A stretch of 64,000 bases of DNA, from IMG/VR virus record IMGVR_UViG_3300033076_001104; one strand, written 5' to 3'. Made by a program: the position numbers and the translations under genes. Positions 28,742-38,850 of this stretch are shown here, in pieces. Under the pieces are notes generated by a model. The model saw only the letters and a program-made list of their open reading frames with translations. It was not told the origin of the DNA and ran no database searches. The stretch comes from an uncultured virus (IMG/VR IMGVR_UViG_3300033076_001104). Taxonomy: Duplodnaviria > Heunggongvirae > Uroviricota > Caudoviricetes. Positions within the stretch are counted from its first letter, which is position 1. Every line of letters begins with the position of its first letter.

Positions 28742-29581
28742 TTAAATAGTTGTAGCATTTCCACCGTAAAACTCACAATTATTACATCCTATTTTATAGG
28801 TATAACCATTTTGTCTGTCTATTTGAACACAATAATACATGTCATCTTCTTCGACAATATCTTGTGATTGGTTTGAAATTCCTTTTTGATAAAACAATAT
28901 TGGGTTTGACGTTGAACCAATTATTTTATTATCATCCACACCGTTTAAATTAACCATATTTTTATTTGTGAAGTCGGTTATTGAACCGTCTTCAGCATTA
29001 AAAAATTTGGCCGTCATATAAAACACATCTCCTCTCAATAATTCTTCATTTATAGCAGAATCATCTTGGAACCAAAACAAGTACATGTTTTCAGTATTTC
29101 TATAGTTTGAGCCATAGAATATTGGTTTATATAAAAAGGTGTTTAAGGTGGTATAAAAATATCTTTCACCTAAAGGAACACTTAAGTTTTTAGTGAATAC
29201 CAATCTTCTGTTTGCCCTATTTGGCGCAACATTATTTGGTGTTTTGTAAAATTCTAAAATGAAGAAACTTTCGGTTACTTGTTTTAATTGTTTAACATTT
29301 TCTTTTAGACTTAACCCTGTTGGTTCGTAATCTAAAACGTATGTGCTCCCACTAATAAAATAAAATTTAAACCAAATATCATTTTGAACAATACCCTTAT
29401 CATTTGTATATGGTTTGTGTATGTATCTTACGGTTTCAAAATTCTGTGTTGGGTTAATAATACTTTCTAGAAGTTCTTTCTCCATTTCTTCGGCATTATC
29501 TTGCCAACCCAAGTCTGTTTTAAAAACATCCTCTCCATTTAAAATAATATTTTGGTCTATATTTTTTCTTAAAATTTTCAT
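28742..29581 (-). CDS. Virion structural protein (unknown function)
   Basis: ORF in the structural cluster; start MKILRK overlaps the upstream stop (TAATG). Confidence 0.5.
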   Translation of the reverse strand: MKILRKNIDQNIILNGEDVFKTDLGWQDNAEEMEKELLESIINPTQNFETVRYIHKPYTNDKGIVQNDIWFKFYFISGSTYVLDYEPTGLSLKENVKQLKQVTESFFILEFYKTPNNVAPNRANRRLVFTKNLSVPLGERYFYTTLNTFLYKPIFYGSNYRNTENMYLFWFQDDSAINEELLRGDVFYMTAKFFNAEDGSITDFTNKNMVNLNGVDDNKIIGSTSNPILFYQKGISNQSQDIVEEDDMYYCVQIDRQNGYTYKIGCNNCEFYGGNATTI

Positions 29582-31335
29582 TAACAAATATTATTCTTTT
29601 TGAATTTCTTAACTCCATCAGCCTTATTGGTGTAATATCTTTCATTTCTTAAATGAAAGTTAATATCGTGTTTGATATAATGGATATTGTTTATAAATGG
29701 ATAATTTGTACCGTATCCATCCTGATCCACAAATCCTTGGTCATATAAATCTCTCCATTTCCACAATCCTTCATCTTCAAAATATCTTACATTTTCAGGT
29801 AGATTTATAATTTCATCGGTATTAGATGTTTCAATATATGGTGACAATTCTCTAATCTTAACTCTATAATAGGGTTGGTAATACATCCCCATTTTGTTCG
29901 ACGCACTTGCACCTTGTAAATTTAAACCCACGGTTTGACCGTGATCAAATACGGTTGTTGGGCACGTAAATTTATGGAACGCCTCACTAATTACTCTTTC
30001 TTTTAATTCACTAACATTATATTCCACAAACGCACCTGTTAAACCCGAAACACCGACCGATAATGTATTACCACTAACAAAACCCGATGTTCCACTATTA
30101 CTAGTAAATGTGGTTCCTGATAATTTTGTTTCTAAAGAAGTGTTACCACTAAAATGATAATCAATCCATGTGTCGTGAAAATTAAATTTCCAACCCACTT
30201 TTGGTGGATAATCGAAATAACCATTTCCATTTCTTAAAAAAACGGAAACATATAAATCTGTTGGTGAGTATCCTAAGTTATTAGTCAATCCTGTTAAGAT
30301 AAAAGGTTCTTTAAAATCGTAAATAACAGATTCCATTCTATTTCCTTGTACTAAATAATCTTCAGTACCTTCCGAATTAACAAATAATAATTTTTTTTCT
30401 TCTTCCCATATTGGACTTTCAAATCCAACTTTGTCCATTATGTAATCTTGTGTTGATGTTAGAACTTTATGTTTATGAACATAATATTGTGATGTTGTTC
30501 CTGAAACATTATTTTTATCTAAACATCTTTTACCTGTTACAATTGTGTTATTGGATAATGTTAACCCTGTTGGTATATCATTTTTTAATAGGTTTATAAC
30601 AAAATTTTCCGAATTATATATTTCATTACCTAAATCAGTGACATAAACAACATGATTATTAATTACGATATATTCACCTTTCGATATTCCATGTTCTACG
30701 GGTGATGTTAATGTAACATAAGTTGTACCCGTAGTTACTCTAAATGGTATTCCGTCTCCAGATTTAAAATGTAAAATATTTTGACCTTCTGTTTTTGTAC
30801 CACCCGATAATGTATAAACCATATCGTGATTAGTATCCCCACTATAAACATACGTTAAATAGATGTTCCAATTATGATAAGGGGCGTTTAATGTTGTAAC
30901 AGTTGTGTGTCCTGTGTAACCCGTTAAAATAAAAGAAGATGGGTCAATATCTTCAGTTAAGTCTGTACCAGTATATCCTGTATAAACTTCTCTAACAACA
31001 TCGTGTCTTAAGAACGCAAATTCATTATAAGGTAATGTACCACTAAAATCCTCATCAGAACCATCACCATTTAAATATAAATCCCTTTTCAACGGAGAAT
31101 ATGATGTTGTTCCTGTATAAAGGTTTCTGAACACCATTTTTATTTTTCCGTGTATTTTATAATTTTTACTTTCGTTTCTTTCTTTCGCAAATAATTCAGC
31201 AATGTCCAATACAATATTTCTATCACCTTCACGCAAAAGATTCTTCTGTTCATCTAAACTTAAACGAACATCAACATCCTCATCATCCGCGTTCGCGAAT
31301 CTTTTTGCCGGTAATAATATCTTTTTATTTTCCAT
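29581..31335 (-). CDS. Virion structural protein (unknown function)
   Basis: 584-aa ORF in the structural cluster with TG-rich segments. Confidence 0.5.
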   Translation of the reverse strand: MENKKILLPAKRFANADDEDVDVRLSLDEQKNLLREGDRNIVLDIAELFAKERNESKNYKIHGKIKMVFRNLYTGTTSYSPLKRDLYLNGDGSDEDFSGTLPYNEFAFLRHDVVREVYTGYTGTDLTEDIDPSSFILTGYTGHTTVTTLNAPYHNWNIYLTYVYSGDTNHDMVYTLSGGTKTEGQNILHFKSGDGIPFRVTTGTTYVTLTSPVEHGISKGEYIVINNHVVYVTDLGNEIYNSENFVINLLKNDIPTGLTLSNNTIVTGKRCLDKNNVSGTTSQYYVHKHKVLTSTQDYIMDKVGFESPIWEEEKKLLFVNSEGTEDYLVQGNRMESVIYDFKEPFILTGLTNNLGYSPTDLYVSVFLRNGNGYFDYPPKVGWKFNFHDTWIDYHFSGNTSLETKLSGTTFTSNSGTSGFVSGNTLSVGVSGLTGAFVEYNVSELKERVISEAFHKFTCPTTVFDHGQTVGLNLQGASASNKMGMYYQPYYRVKIRELSPYIETSNTDEIINLPENVRYFEDEGLWKWRDLYDQGFVDQDGYGTNYPFINNIHYIKHDINFHLRNERYYTNKADGVKKFKKNNIC

Positions 31336-32024
31336 TAATCTTGAATATTAAATAAATAATTCCTAATACATTTTAATAACGTGTATGGTTGGTTTCCCAT
31401 TCGACAAATACCATCTTCTTCCGATATTTTATTGTATTCGTATGCCATTCCGCAACTTTTCCAATCTATTATTTCTTTTTCATCTCTTCTAATGATATCA
31501 ACTATCATTTTTTCATCATGTTTGAGTCCGTTCTTACTCAGTTTAAGTTTTTCTAATAATTCTTTATTATAACCTTCTTTTTTACAAGAACATAACTTCA
31601 TTTTACCATTTAAACTATAGTTACCATACATACCTGATACCTCCATACCATTAAGATGTTCTGACATATCAATTAAATTTCTATTTGAAACACCACTATA
31701 ACAAGTCGTAAACATTAACTTAGTATTCTCATGCATTATTGGTTTTAATGAATCAACAACTTGTTTAATTCTTTCGGGTTCACTTGTTTGTATCAAATAT
31801 CTACCCGTACCATAACTTGTTATGTTTATTTGGTCTAATTTATCGGGGTACTCTTTAATAAATTTTCTAATTCCATCAATTGTTTCATCTATATTGTTAA
31901 ATGGTCCAACACTATATGTAAATTTTGATAAAAATTTATATAGTCTTGATTCCTCTTTTTTATATAGGTAATAAACAATTAAATGATTTGGTTTTCTTTT
32001 CTTAAATAAATCTGTAATCCACAT
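31335..32024 (-). CDS. Hypothetical protein, DUF4347/caspase-hemoglobinase-like fold, catalytic His apparently replaced
   Basis: QINITSYGTG ... LMFTTCYSG resembles hhhhSHG ... hhhxxCxxG. Start moved to MWITDLF (32024). Confidence 0.4.
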   Translation of the reverse strand: MWITDLFKKRKPNHLIVYYLYKKEESRLYKFLSKFTYSVGPFNNIDETIDGIRKFIKEYPDKLDQINITSYGTGRYLIQTSEPERIKQVVDSLKPIMHENTKLMFTTCYSGVSNRNLIDMSEHLNGMEVSGMYGNYSLNGKMKLCSCKKEGYNKELLEKLKLSKNGLKHDEKMIVDIIRRDEKEIIDWKSCGMAYEYNKISEEDGICRMGNQPYTLLKCIRNYLFNIQD

Positions 32025-32025
32025 A

Positions 32026-35000
32026 TTATTTTGGTCCAAAATTTTCAATAAATTTATCAAATGCAGTTTCACCTTTAATTAATCCAAATGTGAAGTGATA
32101 TGGTCCACCAATTTCCATTAAATGTCTTGTTGAACCAAAAACTGTATATTCTTTATAGTTATCATTAGATTTTAACGGACCACTTCCATTGTCAATACAA
32201 TCTCTAATCGGAGGTAACACATATCCATCTTGGAACTTATCATCCAAATTATCACCAACTGTTTTATTGGTGTTCGCCTTCATTTGTTGTAACCTTTGAT
32301 TATAAACCAATCCTGTGAAATGTGTTTGTGACTCACCAGCATCCCCATCTTCACCAAATCCATGTCCTCTAGTATCCCACATGAAATATGGTACTTTTTG
32401 TGAATTATCACCAAGTCTACCTTTTTTGTTTAGACATGTTCTAATTAGATAACCATTTGCCTCAATAGTTTCAGTATTGGGGTCATCCTCACTATATAGG
32501 AAATTAACACCTATTGGTCCTTTAAAGTCAAATGTGTCTGTGTAATCTACATAATAAGGTGATTGGTCATCTTCTGTTTCAAGTGGATAGATACCAACCT
32601 GTGTGTTGAAGTTTAATAATTGTGCAATATCACCATCGATTAATCCGTTACCTCTTTTATCAAATAAATCCTGAACGTCCAATCTACCTCTTTCTTTAAT
32701 TTCTTTTGATTGAATAATATACTCCATCAAATCATCAATACCCTTATACGTTGTTGAACCGATACTTCTTGTTATTGAACAGTTAACATCCAACGACGGA
32801 TCAAAACAAATTTCTCTAATCCAAGTTGTTTTAGGTCCTAAATCAACAATTGTTGTTGGGTAATTGATTTCTCTTTTTGTTGCGGTTGATCCAATGATTT
32901 TACCTAAACTTGAAAGATATTCTTTATATGAACCTGTAAGTAACAACGCTGCAGAAATGTCTAATCCTCTTGCGGTACCGTAAAATCCTGACGTTTTACC
33001 ACTATAGATTTGATTATATGTTCTACCTTCATCATCTGTTTGTGTACCATTTAATAATTGAGTTTCATAACCACTATAAGATGGACTATATGGTGTTGAT
33101 CTATAATAATAATTCACCGAACCATCAGCTTCGGTTTTTTTGTATAAACATTCAGTACAGAAACTATCCCCTCCTCTTCTTACATATTGGAAGAAATATA
33201 ACAAACCGTTTAACCATGAATTTGAAAATGTGTAGGATGTTACACCCGCACACATTAATTTACCAAATAGTTTTCTTCTTCTATATGAATTAATCAATTC
33301 ACCAGTTTTACCGGCCAATGGAACAATAGTATAAACACCATCTCTAAATTCTGAAAATCCTGACATCGTTCCATCATGTGTTAATTGTCTATCAACATAA
33401 TATGGTCCTTTCTTTTTAACCGCACCATAATAAAGTCCATTACGAATACAATGTACAACATCATTATCAAACGCACCCATATCTTGTCTTAATGGCCATT
33501 TAGTATGAACCGATGCAACTCCTAATAAATTAGAATAATCATATGGGGCCTCACAATCTGCAGTGTCATACGGAGATAAACCCAATACTTTTTTGTTGTA
33601 ATCATTATCAAGTTGATTCCACATATAAACACCCGAAGCACTACCTGATGTTGGTTTAAAACTTGTGGATGTTGTTGGTTGAACAGAATCATAGTAATTA
33701 ATAATGTCAACATATGTATTCAAGGCTGTTGGTGTTGGTCCCTTATAAATTGGTGCAGCAATACCTTTCAGACTCATGTCTCCCGTTCTGTTTAATTCAT
33801 CCTCTATGATATAATCATATTTAGAACACCCACTTTCAACTTCTTGAATGGTATATTCAGATTCAGTTACGTCATCATCCGCAACCCATATTTTTTTAAC
33901 TTTTACGTAATTTTGTACTTCATGACACGTTCCTGATGCAGGTTGGTCAAATGGTATGTTATATACTGCGGAAATTTGGTCTCCGATTGATTTGTATAAA
34001 TCTCTAATTTTCCATGACGAACTTGCAGAATCGTAGATAATGTTTAATGGTTGACCGAATCCTGCTGCAAGATATGTACTACCTCCACCATAAACATCGA
34101 TTTCTAAAACGTATTTTTGGCGTAACCATGAACCATTATTTATTTGTTGACCTGATGGTGGTGTTGGTACAAAACCCGCATATCCACCACCTGTAGCTCT
34201 AAAATATAAATCCTCATCTGGTTTATAACCACCAGGTCCCGCACAACCATCTGTTGTAACTGTAACAGTTAAACCCGCACCGGTAAATATTGAGGACTGT
34301 CCAGGATATGCACATAAATTAAAATTAGTGGCACCTGATGTAATTGTTGCAATTCTAAGATTACCACTACAATCTGTATAAGTTACATTTACATTTGTTG
34401 AACCCGGATTTGCCAATGTATATTGATCACAAGTACCCAACGCACCCGCAGATGTCGAATATTTTTCTTCTAAGTAAAAATCTGTTGCGATTGGTGATGT
34501 TAAAATCACAGATGGTATATCTATTTGTGCTGACACGGGAACTGTTTCATTATTTCCAGTATCTTCTGTACAGTCATAACAATCGGGATATACAATTAAG
34601 TTTAACTTAAAAATACTTTTAAATTGGAATTCTTTCGCCCTTTTAAACATTTTAGCGGCCGCCTTATTGGATACACCTGTCGATGACAATAATTCCGCAA
34701 TTGCGAATAAAATTGCTGCAACGAATTCTTTAATAAATAATGAAATTAATAAACCAATATATTCAATATAATTCAATATCATAATGATAAAGAAATTGAA
34801 TCTTTGATTTCTAACTGCATCATTTACAGGAAAATAATTGTTGGTATTCGAACAATCTGCATCAGATGGCCAAATTTCTTTTATACCAATAAATGACTCG
34901 TTTCTATCTTTAACGAAGAAACTGAATATTCTTTCGAACGCACTTGCCTTATGATACTTATTTAAAAATTGTGAAACAGTATAAACACGATTATATCTAA

Positions 35001-36345
35001 ATTGGTAGAAATAATCTTGTGGTACCCCAACTAAACCATCATTAATTGCATCGGTATCGGTACCAGCAATAACATTAGGGTCAGGATAATCATCAATATC
35101 GGTACTAAATGCATACGATTTTTCATTAATAGTGTTATCACCACCTGTGAATAATGTGTCACCCGTATGATATTCTCTAATATTTGGTACTAAAAATTTA
35201 CCCGTAAATCTATTTCTTGAACCAGTATCCTCACTTAATGAAAATCTAAATCTATATGTTCCTTTTGTTGGTATACCTTTTTTATCTTTAGATAAAACCG
35301 CCTCACCAAATTCATTTGTTACATAATAATCAGTATTCATCGGTACTCTAAAAAAGAACGCACCGTTTTCGTCGATAGTACTATCGATTGCAAATTTTTC
35401 TAATATTGGTCTATTAATTTGTGGATTACCATTTGCGTCTTTCTCATATTCTCCCGTAAATCTAATCGCCTCTATATCACCTTTAAATGTAGTTAATCTA
35501 CATTTTTCTCCCATTTGATTATCAACATTACAGTTGACCATTAACGCATCTTTACCTGAGTCAGAAATGGTACCACCCATCATTATTGAATATGGTTCTA
35601 ATCTAACACCTCTTGTACCTAAATCAAAATCACTTCTTGTAATACCAATTTCACATAAGTCTTCGTTACCCCAAAAAGGATAAACATCAATTGTTTTATC
35701 AAATGAAATTATTTGTGGTAATGTGTCTAAATTTTCGGAAGACATGAAAGTGTATTTGTTTTCAAATTTTTCTTCTGAAACACCTTCATAAATGAAATCA
35801 TATGGAACTAATGATTGACAACCAATATCCGATAAGTCAACATCAACATGTAGTGTTTGTTGACCAAGTGGAACACCCCATATCATGAAGTCTCCCGATT
35901 GGTTGGTTTTTACTGTAAATTTGTAATATTTTTCATAAATTTCCAGATATTCTTCTCTCGTTAAAATATCTTCCTGATCTGGAAATGTACCCGTTGGACT
36001 ATGTCCTGAATGTTGTTGTCTCGCGGGTAATAAATTGTATTTATATCCATCCTCACTTCTATCGAATGCGGATTTATATGGATATAATTGAGAAATTACG
36101 GGGTCGTTTTCATCGACCTCACTAAGTGGTATAAAAATTGAAACTCTGGCATTAGGAATACCAAATCCGTCATTTACACTTATTCTACCACAAACCACAC
36201 CATAATCCGCACACAATGATGTGTACACTTCTTTTTGTGTGAATTTCAATGATAAAATCTCAAGTAAATCAAAGTCTTGGTTTATTTCAACTTTGATAAC
36301 TTGGTCTTTACCGATATTTGTAGCTATTCTATGTTTTTGTACCAT
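32026..36345 (-). CDS. Large baseplate-associated protein with N-terminal carboxypeptidase-regulatory-like domain and internal hydrophobic helices
   Basis: VVCGRIS..GFGIPNARVSIF and KTNQSGDFMIWGVPLG; hydrophobic FFIIMILNYIEYIGLLISLFIKEFVAAILFAIAELL; follows gp6. Start moved to MVQKHRI (36345). Confidence 0.55.
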   Translation of the reverse strand: MVQKHRIATNIGKDQVIKVEINQDFDLLEILSLKFTQKEVYTSLCADYGVVCGRISVNDGFGIPNARVSIFIPLSEVDENDPVISQLYPYKSAFDRSEDGYKYNLLPARQQHSGHSPTGTFPDQEDILTREEYLEIYEKYYKFTVKTNQSGDFMIWGVPLGQQTLHVDVDLSDIGCQSLVPYDFIYEGVSEEKFENKYTFMSSENLDTLPQIISFDKTIDVYPFWGNEDLCEIGITRSDFDLGTRGVRLEPYSIMMGGTISDSGKDALMVNCNVDNQMGEKCRLTTFKGDIEAIRFTGEYEKDANGNPQINRPILEKFAIDSTIDENGAFFFRVPMNTDYYVTNEFGEAVLSKDKKGIPTKGTYRFRFSLSEDTGSRNRFTGKFLVPNIREYHTGDTLFTGGDNTINEKSYAFSTDIDDYPDPNVIAGTDTDAINDGLVGVPQDYFYQFRYNRVYTVSQFLNKYHKASAFERIFSFFVKDRNESFIGIKEIWPSDADCSNTNNYFPVNDAVRNQRFNFFIIMILNYIEYIGLLISLFIKEFVAAILFAIAELLSSTGVSNKAAAKMFKRAKEFQFKSIFKLNLIVYPDCYDCTEDTGNNETVPVSAQIDIPSVILTSPIATDFYLEEKYSTSAGALGTCDQYTLANPGSTNVNVTYTDCSGNLRIATITSGATNFNLCAYPGQSSIFTGAGLTVTVTTDGCAGPGGYKPDEDLYFRATGGGYAGFVPTPPSGQQINNGSWLRQKYVLEIDVYGGGSTYLAAGFGQPLNIIYDSASSSWKIRDLYKSIGDQISAVYNIPFDQPASGTCHEVQNYVKVKKIWVADDDVTESEYTIQEVESGCSKYDYIIEDELNRTGDMSLKGIAAPIYKGPTPTALNTYVDIINYYDSVQPTTSTSFKPTSGSASGVYMWNQLDNDYNKKVLGLSPYDTADCEAPYDYSNLLGVASVHTKWPLRQDMGAFDNDVVHCIRNGLYYGAVKKKGPYYVDRQLTHDGTMSGFSEFRDGVYTIVPLAGKTGELINSYRRRKLFGKLMCAGVTSYTFSNSWLNGLLYFFQYVRRGGDSFCTECLYKKTEADGSVNYYYRSTPYSPSYSGYETQLLNGTQTDDEGRTYNQIYSGKTSGFYGTARGLDISAALLLTGSYKEYLSSLGKIIGSTATKREINYPTTIVDLGPKTTWIREICFDPSLDVNCSITRSIGSTTYKGIDDLMEYIIQSKEIKERGRLDVQDLFDKRGNGLIDGDIAQLLNFNTQVGIYPLETEDDQSPYYVDYTDTFDFKGPIGVNFLYSEDDPNTETIEANGYLIRTCLNKKGRLGDNSQKVPYFMWDTRGHGFGEDGDAGESQTHFTGLVYNQRLQQMKANTNKTVGDNLDDKFQDGYVLPPIRDCIDNGSGPLKSNDNYKEYTVFGSTRHLMEIGGPYHFTFGLIKGETAFDKFIENFGPK

Positions 36346-36351
36346 TCTTAT

Positions 36352-36359
36352 TATAAATA
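36352..36359 (-). promoter_or_regulatory. TATTTATA putative late promoter box
   Basis: 6 nt upstream of the ATG at 36345. Confidence 0.6.
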
Positions 36360-36401
36360 GAAACAATGAAGTTTTCCATTATAATATAAGAAACTTTAAT
36401 T

Positions 36402-38234
36402 TTAATATGTAGTCGAAACTAAAGGTTTTACTCTAACTTTGATGTCTTTATTAGGGAATCTAACTTGGAATATTTGATTAGATTTCATGAATATTGTCAT
36501 ATCAGATTGTACGATTTCTTTAGTTGTTTCGTCAACGTATCCAACCACAACTTCGTTTGTTGAATACTCTCCACCAACCTTACCATAAACTCTAATATCA
36601 ACAACACTAACAACCCCACCAATATTACCAATTTCTCTAAACAAATCACCCACAAAGAATGGGTCACCCATTTTTCTTTTTTCAATTTTAGTATATTCGA
36701 TAACTTGTTCGATTGTTGATTTTATAATATCTGTTTCTATAACATTTCTATCACCCAATACGTCGATTTCAATACCCATGTCAACAACTTCCCCACTTTC
36801 AATTTCTAAATAATCATTAATCATTCTGTACTCAGAAAGATATTCAATTATGTTATTTTTTAATATATTTGAGACAACGTTTGTTAAATTTCCTTTTTCA
36901 TCATACGATGCAAGTTTGATTTTTATTTTGTTGTCTTCCTCCATCACATTTACTTTAGCAGGTGCACCGAATGTTGACGGCATGTTCTCAATAATAGATT
37001 TATAATCGTTTAAAGTAACCGCTCTGTTCTGTGCTGCAAAATTGTAAGAAACCATGTTTCTAATTTCTTCAATTGTTGGTTGGTCCGCACCTCCAACTGC
37101 AGGTGTAACGTTTGTTACCCTTAATGATTGAGATACTTGAGTGTTCACTGTTGAAACGGGTCCATTAACCACGAAATCCACATTATCAACACTAGTAATA
37201 ACATTAACACCAAGATTACTATCTTTACCTCCACCAATTCTATATTTGATGAATAATGTTGTGTTTGCTTTAGGTATCGCACCTAAAGATAGATTATTCA
37301 AATATGTTGCAAGATTTACTTTTAAATCTCCCGTCATATAGTTATCCAAATTATCCAAAGGGTTAACCGTACCAGAACCAAATGTTAAATTAAAATAACC
37401 TTCAGGTGTATACTCTGTAATAAACTTATTATTTACATTCATGTATGTACCTGGTTTAAAATTATCTTTATCAGAAATTTTAGTTGGGTCTGGTATGAAT
37501 ACCTTATCTTGCATTAATGACTTAACCTCATACCACTTATTTGTTGGTGATGAGAATTCACTTGAACTCGGATTTGCACCAAATGATGTGCCGTCTTTAT
37601 GTATAACTGAAGTAACACCTAAAATATTTTGTTCGGGTAAATAAATCTTCAAAAAAGGTTTTTGTTCAATATCTGTTATAACTTTTCTAAAAACTCTTGT
37701 CACACCGTTAACAACGGCTTCACGTTTTGTTATTGTATATGAAATTAATTTGTTATTACCGTCAAAATTTGGAATTTTAAGTCTGTTTGGTTCACCTTTA
37801 CTATTGAATGGGTTTGAGAAATCAATGTCTTCGATTGTTTCAAAAATTTGTCCTCCACCCGACACTTGTGCACCAGCTCTTAATAATCCCAAGTATTCAG
37901 TTTTTTCTTTATCCCCACTAACAGGTACATTAATAGAAAAATCACATAACGCAACAGATGGTCTATTACCTGGTATCTTTAATCCGTATGTTTTTGCAAT
38001 GTGATATAATGATTGTCTTTGTTGTGCAAAATCCAATATTGTTTCTTGCCACACTCTATCAATATGAAAATGTAAGTTATCTGCAACCGCAGCGTTCAAA
38101 TCCAATAAAACTGAAAATATGGATGCGTCGTTGGTATTTTTTACCAAATCAGGATAATATTCTTTGGTCATGTTAACCAATTCTTCTCTTAGTCCTGCAA
38201 AATCTCTAGTTGCGTATGATATCTTTTTTGACAT
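36402..38234 (-). CDS. Baseplate wedge subunit (T4 gp6 / baseplate J-like)
   Basis: YATRDFAGLREEL, DNLHFHID, AQQRQSL..IAK..G, LTFGSG, YRIGGG, AVGGAD..TIEEIR, AQNRAVTLNDY. Confidence 0.9.
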   Translation of the reverse strand: MSKKISYATRDFAGLREELVNMTKEYYPDLVKNTNDASIFSVLLDLNAAVADNLHFHIDRVWQETILDFAQQRQSLYHIAKTYGLKIPGNRPSVALCDFSINVPVSGDKEKTEYLGLLRAGAQVSGGGQIFETIEDIDFSNPFNSKGEPNRLKIPNFDGNNKLISYTITKREAVVNGVTRVFRKVITDIEQKPFLKIYLPEQNILGVTSVIHKDGTSFGANPSSSEFSSPTNKWYEVKSLMQDKVFIPDPTKISDKDNFKPGTYMNVNNKFITEYTPEGYFNLTFGSGTVNPLDNLDNYMTGDLKVNLATYLNNLSLGAIPKANTTLFIKYRIGGGKDSNLGVNVITSVDNVDFVVNGPVSTVNTQVSQSLRVTNVTPAVGGADQPTIEEIRNMVSYNFAAQNRAVTLNDYKSIIENMPSTFGAPAKVNVMEEDNKIKIKLASYDEKGNLTNVVSNILKNNIIEYLSEYRMINDYLEIESGEVVDMGIEIDVLGDRNVIETDIIKSTIEQVIEYTKIEKRKMGDPFFVGDLFREIGNIGGVVSVVDIRVYGKVGGEYSTNEVVVGYVDETTKEIVQSDMTIFMKSNQIFQVRFPNKDIKVRVKPLVSTTY

Positions 38235-38235
38235 A

Positions 38236-38688
38236 TTATATATTAATAATTATAAAGTCCGAAGAACTAAATGCTCCGTTATTAACTGTATAGTCTATTT
38301 TTACTTTGGCAGTGTATGGTTTAGTAGATGCATCTGAAACTCTAAATAGTCGTTCATCTTCATCTTGTGAAAAAGACCTAACATTCTCAGGATCATCTTC
38401 CGCTGACATAATATTAATAGAATTTATATCTAAATTTGGAATATATTTTCTTACTCCATCTCTTATTTCTTCTTCAATTAAATTAAACGTTACAACATCA
38501 TTTTGTTCAAAAATGTACTCATAGATTCTAGTACCAAAATCTGGTAAATAATATCTTGTACCTTTTCTTGTTAAGATAAGGTGTATTAGATTTGCTCTAA
38601 CTTCTCTCTCAGGAGATTCCGTTAATTTAACGTAATCACCTTTACTACTATCTCTAAATGGGTAATCAATACCATACGTTGTCGCCAT
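38236..38688 (-). CDS. Baseplate wedge subunit gp25 (GPW_gp25 family)
   Basis: GIDYPF, NLIHLILTRKGTRYYLPDFGT.IYEYIFE, IRDGVRKYIP. Start moved to MATTYG (38688). Confidence 0.9.
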   Translation of the reverse strand: MATTYGIDYPFRDSSKGDYVKLTESPEREVRANLIHLILTRKGTRYYLPDFGTRIYEYIFEQNDVVTFNLIEEEIRDGVRKYIPNLDINSINIMSAEDDPENVRSFSQDEDERLFRVSDASTKPYTAKVKIDYTVNNGAFSSSDFIIINI

Positions 38689-38691
38689 ACC

Positions 38692-38699
38692 TATAAATA
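38692..38699 (-). promoter_or_regulatory. TATTTATA putative late promoter box
   Basis: 3 nt upstream of the gp25 ATG at 38688, just after the nrdA terminator. Confidence 0.65.
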
Positions 38700-38723
38700 T
38701 AAACAATACTAAAATGGTAATAA

Positions 38724-38751
38724 ATAAAAAATCCCGACTAATGTCGGGATT
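38724..38751 (-). terminator. Rho-independent terminator ending the nrdA transcript
   Basis: Minus strand AATCCCGAC-ATTA-GTCGGGATT followed by TTTTATTT. Confidence 0.85.
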
Positions 38752-38764
38752 AATTTGGTGTCTC

Positions 38765-38845
38765 AATATTCACCCCCTGTATTCTCGAGACCTGGATGCT
38801 CAAGGTACGCCTTGACGACAGTACTACTTTGAGGGAGTCACCCAT
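38765..38845 (-). ncRNA. Candidate structured RNA (or 31-codon sORF) in the nrdA 3' UTR
   Basis: About 55% GC island; hairpin TCAAGG-CGTA-CCTTGA nested in longer pairings; also open as an ORF at 38750-38845. Confidence 0.35.
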
Positions 38846-38850
38846 TATCT

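Noticed and set aside
38781..38830. Plus-strand CTGGATGC-hairpin-CGACA as a hammerhead ribozyme
   Set aside because: The core deviates from CUGANGA...GAAA at essential positions; HDV-like, twister and pistol patterns also did not fit. Kept only as an unknown structured RNA.
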